The notes: generated from the letters alone by a model not told the origin. A DNA stretch of 64,000 nt from Asterias rubens (GCF_902459465.1 NC_047080.1:11160001-11224000), one strand, 5' to 3'; counted from the stretch's first letter, positions 1 through 12,790 are shown. Numbers and translations are program-made.

Positions 1-16
1 CACCCTCTGTCTCTAA

Positions 17-389
17 AGGCAGTGGACACTATTGGTAATTGTCAAAGACCCGTCTTCTCACTTGGAGTATCTCATCATAAGAATAAAATAAGAAACCTGT
101 GAAAATTTGAGCTCAATTGATCATTGAAGTTGCGAGATAACTATGAAAGAAAAAACACCCTTGTCACATGAAGTTGTGTGCTTTCAGATGCTTGATTCGA
201 GAGCTCACATGCTAAATCTGAGGTCTCGAAATCAAATTCGTGGTAAATTACTTCTTTCTCGAAAACTACTTCACTTCGGAGGGAGCCGTTTATTATAATG
301 TTTTATACAACCTCTCCCCATTACTCCTTACCAAGTAAGGTTTTATGCTAATAATTAGTTTGAGTAATTACCAATAGTGTCCACTGCCT
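17..389. mobile_element. ~375-390 bp TTAA-target MITE (Kolobok/T2-like), family A
   Basis: TIR aggcagtggacactattggtaatt ... aattaccaatagtgtccactgcct, flanked by ctaa (left) and ttaa (right). At least 11 related copies in the window. TTAA target plus AGG..CCT termini match Kolobok-type elements. Confidence 0.85.
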
Positions 390-1747
390 TTAAGAAAAAG
401 AAGTTGTGTTTACCTAACGTCTGGCAGCTGAAGCAGACACAGGGTTGTCCAGTACGGCGACATATGGAATCGTAGCCTTTAGTTCTTCTTCCACACACTA
501 TTATTATCTCCGCAGTGACTTTACCTCAAATCCCGTACTCCACACGAGCCGCACGTCTTCTCATTACCCGCTCTCCCGGAAAGACAGCTCGCTCACCCGC
601 TCTCCTTGACAAACAATACCGCGTACATTATATACAACCTGAGGAAGACATATTTTTGACAGCCTCAGGGGGGAACATCTCAGTGGATATATAGCAGGAC
701 GCACTCCGGGAGAAGTATTCGTTAAGTTAGTTCCATTTAAAATCGCTGCTCACAGTGTGGCAATTATCTGCGTCTGTAAATACCTGTTTAAATCTCCTTA
801 AAGTTCTGACGCGCGGAAGAGAACTTCTTAGACACTTAGTAATAACATCTCTCCAGAAAAAGTATCAGGTCATCCTATAAATACGTGTTCACAACTAGGT
901 CAAAGATGATTCCAAACAAATACTGATCAGTGATGGGGAAGCGGGAGATATTTAAAGCCAAACTGGTCGATGGTACGAGCGTAATCAGGCGGTGAGTACG
1001 ATGGAAGCAAATCACCGCGGTACGTGTTCAACAGACGCCGCCTTCTGTGCCCCTTCGACGGTGTGCATTACCCCCCGACGTGCAAAATCTTCTTCAAAGT
1101 CGGCTCATAAAAACTCGCTCCATCTTATCACCATCTGTTATTGATACCTCGGCTCAGAAGAAAAGAAGAACGGGAGAGAGACGAACAAAAACCCGCACCA
1201 CTTGGAAGATGTCACAATTTCCCGCCGACAGCTCTTGCGGTTGCCCTCACTGTATTCCGTTTTACACTCGTTCGTGCGCAGACTTCGTCTACTCTGAGCA
1301 CATTGCGCGTAGTACGAACGATGACCAACCAACAGCGAAGTAAATAATGCTCACGTGTGTTGGCAATCGCCTACGTGGATAACGATGTATCAATGTCAAG
1401 AAATATCACATAAGCCCGATGAAGCGATTGTCAATGTCATAATATCTATTAACATTTGCTTGTTAATTTGTCGTTAAGTCGACCGTTTCACTGTGGCAGG
1501 GGGGGGGGGTTCAGAAACACAAAGCAGTATTGTTATTGAAAGTGATAAATGATGGTTCTGTTAATTGGGGCCAAGTCAAGTAGACTGTACTCTGTGAGCC
1601 TAATTTACAATTAGCGAAATTGATGTGTTTCAGAATTCTCTTTATAAATAATTTTCCCAGAGTGAAAATGGCCTCTGCCCTTGCCTTAAAATTGTAGTCA
1701 GATGTTGGACATCGTTTTAAGTCCACATTAGGCATGGTATCCTTAAA

Positions 1748-2012
1748 ATAGGATACCACAAATAGAGCTAGATTCTACTTCAGTATAATAAAACATCACC
1801 CAAGCCTCACTACGGATCTCAATTGCAACACAATAACAAAATGGCCAACCACGGTAATATTAAGTATATTATAGGATACCACAAATACTAGATACTACAA
1901 TATTAGTTGAAAACCACTTCAGATAGAAAACAGTACCAAAGCCTCATTTTGAAAACAACTCCCAAGCCTCATTACGGATCTCAATTGCAACACACACAAA
2001 ATGGCCGCCACC
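1748..2012 (+). repeat. Imperfect direct repeat, 2 units (1748-1852 and 1871-2012)
   Basis: Both units start ataggataccacaaata and contain cccaagcctca(c/t)tacggatctcaattgcaacac..aaaatggcc. Confidence 0.75.
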
Positions 2013-3009
2013 GCCTACAAAAGAAGTTCGCGCGCGCAACCAGGCGCCGAACTCTAGCCTACCATACAAGCCTGCCTCTCATGAAGGGAACAACAGTAGA
2101 GAGTGATTTTAGCGAGTCGTGTGATGTCGTAGCCATGGTGAATCATGTAGGAATAAACCACAGCCGCGTTTAGCTTCTGTCCATCTCTCGGCTATACACC
2201 TTGAGGGCACACTATCAAATGCTTTCGTAGGCTAATCCGGCACTGGCTCGTTATTATATATTACGCAGTTTGAAGCAGACCAAACTCCAATTGTTAAAGG
2301 TGAAGAACTGTTGGAGTAAATTCACATTGCCCTAGTTTGTTTTAAATAATTAAACCGGTTAGCATGATTGCTTAGCATAAAATTATCCTGCTTGACAGAA
2401 ACGGGTTAGACCTACTTGCCAAAATGTACAATCTCTATCTATGTTGCTACACTGGCGTCTTGCTTTAGTTTTTTTGCTGTTGTTGTTGATGACGATGTTG
2501 GTGTTTTGGTTTTTTGGACAGGTAAACAAAAAGTGCTCAGTAGCATTTTGGGCAAAATTACCTGGTTTTGAGGCACTGGAGGGACATCCAACGAAATTCA
2601 CACATGGTGGTTCATCTGCCGTCAAACATTTGTTTTTCAAATTTGTTCACATTACTTTTATTTTCCTTTCCTTGTAGCACTTTGGAATAAGATACGCAGA
2701 GTGATTACAAAATAATGCTAAATCAGCCAGTTGCCAAATGGCAGGGTATAGTCCCAAAGGGTTGTAACGCAGTAGATCTTTGGTATATCGGATGACAGAA
2801 ATAAGTTGAAGATTACTCGTCTAAAACCTTACCTGATAAATGCTTAATCACAAGAACTTGTTCTCATTTTGAGAGTTGAAGATCGCTTCACCATGTGGTT
2901 GAGAGTCTAGATGCAACTGATTTACACAAACCCCCGTAGGCAGCTACCGCACTCGCACTCTTGTTTCTCTATAACTCCTTGGATATCTAGCCAACTCATC
3001 ACGTCTTAA

Positions 3010-3340
3010 AGACACTGGACACCTTAGGTAATTGTCAAAGACCAATCATTTCGCTCGGTGTATCCAAACATAATATATGCATAAAATAACAAACCTGTGA
3101 AAATTTGAACTCAATCAGTCGAGAGAATAATTGCGAAGAGAATAATGGAAGAAACAATCGTTGTCGCACAAGATGCTTGAATTTTCGATGTTTTAGTGAG
3201 AAATAACTTAATTCTCAAAAACTACGTTACTTCGAGGGAGGCGTTTCTCACAATGTTTATAATATCAACAGCTCTCTATTGCTCGTTACCAAGTAAGGTT
3301 ATTGTTGTATGAGTAAATACCAATAGTGTCCACTGCCTTT
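3010..3340. mobile_element. TTAA MITE family A copy
   Basis: ttaa|agacactggacac ... caatagtgtccactgccttt; same internal sequence as 17-389, with deletions. Confidence 0.8.
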
Positions 3341-6300
3341 GCGTCCTAATGTCAATATTTCTACGGACCCGACGTTGCTTAGGGGAAGCAACGCGGATGA
3401 GATGGTTAGACAAACTTGAGATATAAAACACACGCCTACAAAAAATCACATCAACATGCCTTTGATGGAACCGACCAAAGTGCCTAATTGGTTTTTGGTT
3501 TGAATAAATAAAACATAGTCTCTCTACTTTGTGTTGAAGATGTGTCTTCAGAAATACCCCCGTCGCATTGAAGACGCATGCGGTCTGCATTTTTTCTGTT
3601 CATCAAAATTGCCACTGTCGCAGTGCTTTTCAATGGTAAAAATTTGTTTGCTAAATCCATTAAAAAATGGGAATCTTTACACATTTTTTTTAATTTTTTT
3701 TATTTAGATGGCAATTTCTAAGAACAAAAAGCGGTCGTGAAACGTAGTATGTGTTTGGTTCATGAAATAGTCGTAGACGCACACACACCATGGCAACCTC
3801 GTCTTCGTTCGCGGAATCTTTACTCATGAGGTTTTGTTTTTGTTTGAGAAAGAGGAAAGCGTTTCATCTCACCACTGTTGACAGTTGTGGGCTTAGAGTT
3901 TCTTCATAGTTATCGACCTGTACTTTGCATTTCTTCTTAAAAAATCTGGATGGAATTTCTGGACCGTGTTTGAATTGGAAGAGAACATAATGAAGATGCA
4001 GAAATCTATTATAAATGAAGATCTGCAAAAAGTCAAACTCATTGAGCGCACTTATTAGACTAACCAGTTAAATACGCGCAAGGACTAGTTTCTGAATGAA
4101 GTGAATTCTTCTCAAGATCTACTCTAACTTGTGTTCATTCTTCAACAAGTTTGTATTCTTAATAAAACAAATACAAAACTAAAATCCTAATATTTAACAC
4201 GGTTCGACCTTTTAAGTAACAAAGAGAGGTTTTGTGAATATTTTGTTCGAGTAGTGTTGGTTCTGAAAAGAACAGGTGCTTGACAACTCAACGTTTCGAT
4301 CATGCAGTTGCTTTGGTCATCTTTGACCCTTTGACCTGAATGAATGATTAAGCTTCCTGTCTTCTGGACAACGTCTCTCGTTGTCCATGTCTTGAGCGCC
4401 AACACCACGCATCTCCACCACACGTCATCCAACCAGACTATTCCTTAATTTGCCTTCACTAAATGCTATTAATTTCTAATCCACTATGCATAAATGATGT
4501 CAACAGGCTCCGAAGATTAAGTCGCACCGACGCGTCGCTACCTGGCCCCGTCGCATTCTGGCCCCGCGAGATCGGGATACACTACTGGATGGAACGTCGT
4601 GTCATTCCAAACAGTCGGTTCGGTTAGCTTATTTTTATGGTATATAGGGCGAGTGAACTCGCCAGTATTTTTGTTTTGCTCCTAAGGTTTTTCCCGCCAG
4701 TGACCATGTCTCATCATTCATCACCTAGGTGTTCTAGACTTTAAAGGTACAGCATGCCACCAGGGCAACGTTTTATAGAGCTGTTTTAGCACAAAAGTGG
4801 TCTTGCATTGGTAGTGACTATTTCCAAACCTCGCTACCATGCATGTTGTACAGCGCGCCGTACCACCAGCTAGCTTTACGCAAACTATTATTGGTTCGAT
4901 TTCCAGCAGTCGTCAACCGAAATGAAATCAAGAAGAAAAGCGTGCCTCTTTGTTACGTTACGTTACATAACGAGTATGAGATAATTACCCGTTTTACCAG
5001 GACTACACAAAAAGAAGCTATTAACAAATCGAAAGAATGCTTACTGGGAGACGGCAACATAATCCAGTGTGTGACGTCAGATTAGAAAAGAGACACCATA
5101 AGGAATCATGGCCGATCGTATCTTACATCAGATAGCCCCATACGTGCATTTGCGGCAGAAACTGGTCGCTCGATCGATAACGGATTGTTCTAATGTCCAA
5201 CTGACAGGTTGGCACCTGGGCCCAAATTCTTAAAGCTGCGACAGTGTGTATGTTTGGTGTGATCAACCATAAATCCTCTGAAAATTTGGGCTCAAATCAT
5301 TATGTGAGTTAGGAGAAGAAGAAAACGGTGAAAAAAATTCACAATTTCCAGCAAGTTAACAAAAATAATTGTCTTCATTATTTGTTGCAACAACTGAAAC
5401 TTAAATGGGAGCTTTTAAAAATTGAGGATTGTATTTTACAAGCAAGGTGGACGAAATTGTGGTGGTTTATTTCAATTTAAGGAAAGCACATCCCACACAG
5501 TACCGGTAGCATAGCATAGTGCTCCCCGACAGACCCCAGTTTGCCACGTTCGTATTTGCCTCCTCCCCCATCGGATGGAGAAGGTCAACTTCTCGCATTG
5601 TTCACGTCACAGCATTATCAAGAAAATTGCTGTCATTTCCTGAAACCTTGATTGCCATTAAATAGCAGTCGTCATCGTTAAGTTGTTCCTTAGGCGCTTC
5701 TTTTGATTGATAAACAACAATAGCCAATTAATGGCCTTGAAATGACTAGCAACCAAGCTACTTAGAAATAATTTCAATTTGTTCATTTGCTTGAATTTTT
5801 TGGAATTACTGCGAGAAACAATCCATTGTGCGTAGTTTGCGCCCTTGACCACTATTATAAGCAATACAATGTTTAATTGAATATTGCGGAAACCTGAACA
5901 ATTTGAGTCTTTTTGACTGGGAGTAAGCTAGACTCATCACACATTTAGACGAAGAGGCGCTTACTGTGAACTTTAATTGATTTAATTGCTCTGGACGGAT
6001 GGTGTTGTTTTGCAGAGTATGTCACCAGCTCGGAATGACGCGAGCATTTATTGTAAAGGGAAGATATGACGAGCATATTGACTGATTTATCCTATTTGTT
6101 TGTTTATTTATTTAATTATATTTTGTTCATGATAAAAAGAGCGGCCTAAACTAGCTGTTTCACCAATGTGCTGTCAGCCAACAACACCAGACAAGAAAGG
6201 CAAAATGCATCAAGACAAATAACTACAGATATAAAAGCATGTAACATCTTCAACGGAGGACATGAAAGTTGCTAAGCATAATTATCAGACTTAGGCTCGT

Positions 6301-7495
6301 TAGTCATTTTGAAAATACATGCTTTCGGTACTGGGCTTCATTGACAGGAGGAGAGAACCTATAAGCAGGAGCTCAAAGCCCAAAGCCCAAACCATCGTTT
6401 CCAAAATGGCCAATTACATGTGCTTTGTATTTCTACTTCTTTCAAAGACGATAAAACAGTATGTTAAAGATACATCCATCGACAAACATAGCAGAGTGTA
6501 TTCCCCTCTGCCTATAACAACTAACGAGAGTAAGGCAATGATAAATCGCCTATTATCAAGATGATGGATTGTCTGTCATCAAGATGACTCTATTACTCGC
6601 GATTCGCTTCATTAATTGATGGATGAAAATATGCTCTTAATACAAGGAGCAAATTATGAATTGTGTTAAAGGGAGTTCTTTAAGTGTATTGGCCGCCATC
6701 TTTGATTACAAAAACGTGCACGCGTCACGCACTGCTTGACTGACATCTCTTCACGTACGTTTCATCGGCGATATGGCAAGTGCACGCAAGATGTTTATTT
6801 CAATCTTACCAATTCTGCAATCTTCATAATTTTATGAATGGTACTAAACCTACAGTTCTTGCCATGGCTTTAATAAGTCGGTATTAAGAGAAACGAACTA
6901 ATCTTATTTTAAAGAGGATTTGTAGTTAACTTTGTTTTGGAAATTGCGGTGAGCAACTTCGCAGTTGTTGATTAAAGCAGTCGCGAGAGGGCGCGTTTTG
7001 TATCAATGGTGAAGACTCTCCTCGTTTTGACACAATCATGAAATAATTTGAAACTCTGACGGCACAAGCTTTGACTTCTGTTTCATAAATTTCGGTTCAC
7101 ACCTTGATTACGGGTGTTTGGTAACGATTAATATGTTTCTCTTGGACTGTACAAACATTGAAACCAGACGGGGTGACCTGCGTAGGTTGGTGTCGGGTTG
7201 TTCTTTTCAAATTATCAACATTTATCAGAGCCACGTCACTCATTGGTGATAAATTGCTTAGTTTTGAGACAGCTGCGAATTGACAGTATTTGTTTTAGAG
7301 TGCCATGTCACACATGAGTAACACAAGTGTGTTCTGTTCTGAAACTGTTGCAGGAACTATGTAAACAATTCGATAAGTGAGGAGGTTCGGTGACTAGTAC
7401 AAACCAGAGCCGTTCTGAAATTAAAATATTATTCCATGTGAGGATAGTATGACACAAGTTATTGATTTATTGACTTCAAATGATCGTGATTTTTG

Positions 7496-7502
7496 TATAA
7501 AA
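7496..7502 (+). promoter_or_regulatory. Candidate TATA box of the 109-aa secreted-protein gene
   Basis: TATAAAA about 25-30 nt before an Inr-like ctcatcatt and about 160 nt before the ATG at 7660. Confidence 0.5.
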
Positions 7503-7659
7503 ACCAAACCTTGAACTTACAAAGCTCATCATTTGGCGTCAAATTCAAGAAGTTGGTGTCGGGCTGTTTCTCTGTACATCTCAGAGCACACTGTGCCACA
7601 TCACCGTTGTCGGTCAGTATCGAGTTTCTTGTTACTTATCCATCCACACAAGTACAACA

Positions 7660-8361
7660 ATGAAACTTTTGCTGTCAATACTCGTCATCACCGTCGCGGT
7701 ATCGGTGGTGAGCTCCCGAGCCGTCCTGCCAGTACTGAACGATCAAGGCACCTTCGTCAGATCGAACGGGATGCTAAAACGCGTTGCCCGCGATGCAGAA
7801 TCCAAGCTAAAGTCACTGATGAAGACCACAGCTCAAGATACCGAATGCAGACATTGCGAGAAACTTGAAGAACTGAAAAAGGTACGTAGATCTATGCATG
7901 AAGGAAGGTAGCTTTACGGTGGGGGTAATTATGGAGTTCCATTTCTACCTCCATGGGGTAATGTTTTTAGTCCTTGACTAGGTTAGAGTTGTGTAAGGAA
8001 GGGCTACAGAAATGAGTGTGGACATTAGAACAAAAGAGGTCCACACAGAGCTTGATACACTATGTGGACTTACATACACCCACACGAGTGTTGCAGAACA
8101 TGTTTTGAAGAGTGTTGAAGGAATGTCCACAGTAAAAGCTAAAAGGGACAATACTGTGCCCATAATACCCTTTAAACAATTTGTATAGTGTTTAAAGAGT
8201 TACGTATTCGAAGTTTTATTTATATTTTCTTCATTTTGATTTGTATACCACAGGCACTTCTCGCCATTGTTGAAAGCATAACGTGTCCAGATGAGCCAGA
8301 AGTTCCGTCAGATTCTTACTTGAGTTCGAACGATATTGATCTTGGAATCATCGACATGTAG
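7660..8361 (+). CDS. Orphan secreted protein or peptide precursor, 109 aa, 2 exons
   Basis: Exon 1 7660-7881 (donor AAG|gtacgt), exon 2 8254-8361 (acceptor ccacag|, stop TAG), phase 0. Protein MKLLLSILVITVAVSVVSS-RAVLPVLNDQGTFVRSNGMLKRVAR-DAESKLKSLMKTTAQDTECRHCEKLEELKK|ALLAIVESITCPDEPEVPSDSYLSSNDIDLGIIDM. Clear signal peptide, KR/RxxR site, 3 Cys. No family recognised. Confidence 0.8.
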
Positions 8362-9851
8362 AGTCAACTCAAGATTTGCACTGAAAGTGATGACGTCACT
8401 TGGATTATGTCATGTCTGGAACAACAGTATGCCTTACTTTGAACTATCGCAGTTACGTCTGTGATTTTTATGTCAAGAGTTTTGTGGGACTTTAAAATAT
8501 TAATAGCATCATGATTATTTTGTCCTTAAATCATATCTTCGTTGGGAACACTGGGTAAATCCAATCTTCATAACTAGTTCCCCCAACCCTGAAGTAACCC
8601 TCAGATATTACAAAAATGCAGGGAGGGTTCAACAATAATATGCTGGATCCCAAGCAGTCTGCTGATTTTACTTGTAATGGCTAAAAAGAACGCATATCGT
8701 TCAATTGAGTAACTGCTGTATAAATTCATGCCTCAAAGTTAGTTGGGTGAGAGTAGAGGCAACATCGCTTTACATGAATGCATGGGAGTGAAACAGTCTG
8801 AAGTTTTTTGCCGAAAACGACAGGGAAACCTGTTTTATAAAAGGCTTACTAAACTACTTCAAACCGCCGTGTGCTTATATCTGGACCTTTAGGCCTCCAT
8901 TAGTTATTTGAAATTGTGGTAATCTCATACAAATTACAGGATTGATCATACTTCCGTTTTACAATTTTATAAAATATTCCAGTGCTATTAACTATGTCGA
9001 TGCTTTACACAGAAATAAAGTTTCTTCAAATGTACGTTTTAGTAATTTTTGATTTGTTTTATGTTACACGTTCCTAAAATTGAACTGACCGCAAATATTT
9101 ATTGCACAAAAAGGGAACTAGAATATTTTTCTTTCCAACCTCGGTTTGGTTCGCAGTTATTTGAATGGCAGAAAAATTAAAACCTCGGTTTGGGCTGGCA
9201 CATCAGATAAAGGTCGACTTACCCAACTTTTCCATTGTTTTTTTTTATTAACAAGTAGTGGCTTCTTCAAATATAAGATCGTGTATGCGTTCCACAGCTG
9301 GTCTACGTCTACTGAAGTTGAAAAAATCGAACACAACTTGAAGACAAATATCGAGCGAACAGCACTACCCGTACGACGGGTTCGTCCAAAACACACTATT
9401 CCATATGTATTAATTATTTTTTATTATTAATTGGTTTATTGTAAAAAAAAAACACATTGCAGCCAAAGGCTGAATCACATGCAATTTACAAAAAAAAAAT
9501 ACATTATTATTAAAACTCAGGCAGTCTGAGACATAGTTTGCTCACTTCAGGTAAATATTAATAAACTGTTGATTCTCTCGAAATTTTGCCTTCTTGTTCT
9601 GAGCCAAATATGGATTTTCTGATAGAACAAATCAAAATAAACACTCTTTTTTTTATGTGGGGAAGATTTGTCAGACATATTCTAATAAAATGATTAATTA
9701 TCTGCTGTAAATGTAGACTGTGAACTGTAATCGCAACACTTATACCATGGATGGGTTTATGCAGGGGTCTTATTTAACAGTGAACGAGCAACATAGAAGA
9801 ACGTCTCCTTCATCATCCGTCCCATAAAGTAGAACATTTTGTTTGATAACC

Positions 9852-11564
9852 ATGAACGCCATTGCAATATTTGTGATTGGAGTGTGCCTGTTTGCGGGGT
9901 TACCGTCCGGGGATACCAAGCCCCTACCGGACCAAGATGGGGCTCGGCGCGCCGAAACACGGCAGCAGTTGAGGCAAGCACCTGGATTTCTCAAACTTGT
10001 TGAGAGTTCCATCGAGGCGAAAGAGGTACTTGATGAAGACAGTGTTGAGATGGTCGCTGATTGTCTGCATGGTGATTGCTCCGAGATCTACGAGCTCAGA
10101 CCTGTAAGTTTCCTCACAAAGTTATCAATGTAGTTTTTAACTTTCGGTCCCCTTAAAAAGTCAGAATTTACATATCACACCGAAACAGACAATTCTTATT
10201 TTCAAATTAAAGCTGGCCACTTTAGACCGTTATCTTTTTTGGTATCAAAGTTATACTTATTGCATTATACTTATGAATAATAGGGTGTCTGGATGAAGTC
10301 GGGTATAAATGAATAAACTTCACCTTATTTTACTAAAAGTAGGAAATGGAATTTTCTATAAAACAAAATGTTGAATGATTATTTGCTCTCAGCCGACTTT
10401 TTTTTAGGGTGGTCACGTTAATTGATGAGTTGAATTCATACCAATATAAGCCTGAATAGTAATAATGGACTTACTTCACATTCTCGTTACTTTGAGGCCT
10501 TTACAAAACGAATGTTTCTCTAATTGCAGGAGCTGTTAACTTTGATCAAACTGATCAATGAGAATGACAGAAACGCTGGAGAAAGATTATCGCCGGCACA
10601 GACAAGAGGGCCTCACTTTGGTAGTCACGAATCTAGTAGCCACCCTGAGCCCATCTCTGAGGACAACATATCTGAGTCAATAATCTCTGAGGACGGTCAC
10701 TCTGATTCCAGCCACACTGAGGACGGTCATTCTGAGTTCAGCATCTTCGAGGAAAGCCACTCTGAGTCCAGCAGTTCTGAAGACGGTCACTCTGACTCCA
10801 GCCACAGTGAGGACGGTCATTCTGAGCCCAGCATTTCCGAGGAAAGCCTTTCTGAGTCCAACAGCTCTGAGGACGGTCACTCTGATTCGATCCACACTGA
10901 GGACGGTCACTCCGAGTCCAGCAGCTCTGAGGATGGTCACTCTGAATCCAGCCACACTGAGGACGGTCACTCTGAGTCCAGTAGTTCTGAGGATGGTCAC
11001 TCTGACTCAAGCAGCACCGAGGATGGTCACTCTGTATCCAGCAGCTCTGAGGATGGTCACTCTGAGTCCAGTAGCTCCAAGGACAGCCACTCTGAGTCCA
11101 GCAGTTCTGAGGATGGTCACTCTGACTCAAGCAGCACCGAGGACGGTCACTCTGAGTCCAGCAGCTCTGAGGATGGTCACTCTGAATCCAGCCACACTGA
11201 GGACGGTCACTCTGAGTCCAGCAGCTCTGAGGATGGTCACTCTGAGTCCAGTAGCTCCAAGGACAGCCACTCTGAGTCCAGCAGTTCTGAGGACAGCCAC
11301 GCTGAGGGCGGTCACTCTGACTCCAGCCACGCTGAGGGAGGTCAATCTGACTCCAGCCACGCTGAGGAAGGTCAATCTGACTCCAGCCACACTGAGGTCG
11401 GTCACTCTGAGTCCAGCAGTTCTGAGGATGGTCGCTCTGACTCAAGCCACACTGAGGACGGTCACTCTGAATCCAGAAGCTCCGAGGATGGTCACTCAGA
11501 GTCCAGCAGCTCTGAAGACGGTCCATCTAAAACCAGTATCTCTGAGGACGACCACTCTGAGTAA
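9852..11564 (+). CDS. Orphan secreted Ser/His/Asp/Glu-rich repeat protein, 428 aa, 2 exons
   Basis: Exon 1 9852-10103 (MNAIAIFVIGVCLFAGLPSGDT signal peptide; donor CCT|gtaagt), exon 2 10530-11564 (acceptor ttgcag|GAG), phase 0, in frame with the 346-codon ORF. About 30 decamer repeats EDGHS[ED]SS[SH][ST]. Confidence 0.82.
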
Positions 11565-11612
11565 AGCATCTCAGCGAGCAGACACTCATAGTTCATCTTA
11601 TCTGAGGCCAGC
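10659..11612 (+). repeat. 30-bp coding minisatellite (consensus ~gaggacggtcactctgagtccagcagctct), ~30 units plus relic units past the stop
   Basis: Periodicity seen directly in DNA and protein; one half-unit (EDSHA). Confidence 0.95.
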
Positions 11613-12489
11613 CTTCATTTGCGAGTGCAGCAAATTTTAGTTAAAAGTTTTTAAAGTTGCAGCTACCTAATATCATTAAGTGTCACTTGTCTCTTAAAAT
11701 TGAAGTAATTTAGTTGACAGCCTAGTTGTCAGGGATTGGCCTTCAATGTTTGAAGAATAGTTTTGTAATTCCCTTGCTGCATTTAGCTTTAAACCTCTGT
11801 TGCTATTGAGTAAGCACCCATTCCACCTAATCCTTCATATTTCAACACCATGTTTTCTGTTGGATCGCATTTGTAAACTGAGTACATTCTACAATGGATC
11901 AGATTTACCACCATAAGCAGAGGTTAACTTTGGGTGTTGAATATTATTTGGTTTTACCCGTACACCGATGTTGTACTGTATACTCAATATTCCCCCACCC
12001 AGTCCTGCAATAAATAAAAGAAATGAGGGGCGAATACCTCTGTAATGGGACAACTTAAAATAAACCTCGCAAAGCTCATGAGTTTTTTTGAGTTGCAAGC
12101 TTTTATTCTTACTGACTGCTGTATGTACACTATTTACATAAAGTATTTACAGAAATGCAACACGTGTTGTGTGATTTGCTCCACATGTCATTACATAACA
12201 TGACATTCCTCATATTTCCAGTTCAACAAAACATAACACATCCTCTAACTAATCTTTGAGAAGGCAAAGATTTAAAAGAAATTTCAACCATGATTTAAAA
12301 GTCTGCCTGAATACGGTGGGTATCAACTGTCAGATGATATGGTGCTACCTCATTATCTTTTCTCTCAACAATGCAGCCATTTTTATTGTTAAGTTTGAAT
12401 AACGTCTGGTATACTGACTTGTTAAGTTGTGAGCTAGTACTTAGTTTTGAACTCCTCAGACTATAAGACAGCGTTCCTACATCACATAA

Positions 12490-12790
12490 GCAAGTAATTC
12501 TTGATCCCAGTGGTGTACAATCTCACCACGCAGTTTTTCTTCCTGAATGCCTTGCTCAATCATAACCCCTTGGAAGTGTGACTTTGAAATATCCAAATAT
12601 ATTGGATATTTCAATAAGCTAGGTGGTTGATCTACAATACCTGAATGCTCAAAATGGTCACAGCCCCCAAAACCCATTGAAATCATAGAGCAATTGCTGC
12701 CCCTCATTCTTCTATGAGTTTAGGGTGACTGTATAAAAACATGATTAACTTGAAGTGGATTGTGTCAAAATACTTGCATTTTGAATAGCA
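12490..12790 (+). repeat. Dispersed repeat homologous to 33867-34110 (opposite strand); lies in the presumed NELF-E 3' UTR
   Basis: Shared blocks cccagtggtgta, gaatg(c/t)cttgctc(a/g)atcata, tgga(a/g)gtgtgact..gaaatatccaaa.atattg.atattt, tcatagagcaa.tg, ttgaagtggat. Confidence 0.7.

Noticed and set aside
2441-2677. 78-aa ORF with a hydrophobic N-terminus (MLLHWRLALVFLLLLLMTMLVFWFFG)
   Set aside because: The hydrophobicity comes from a TG-rich low-complexity tract. No downstream exon or recognisable domain could be linked to it.
4324-4337. DR2 nuclear-receptor element (AGGTCA-aa-GGGTCA on the minus strand)
   Set aside because: A single short motif with no assignable target gene; chance occurrence cannot be excluded.
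10677-11640. Four long overlapping ORFs on both strands (107, 262, 277 and 92 aa)
   Set aside because: They are by-products of the 30-bp repeat, which lacks stops in several frames. Only the frame at 10530 joins a signal-peptide exon through canonical splice sites.
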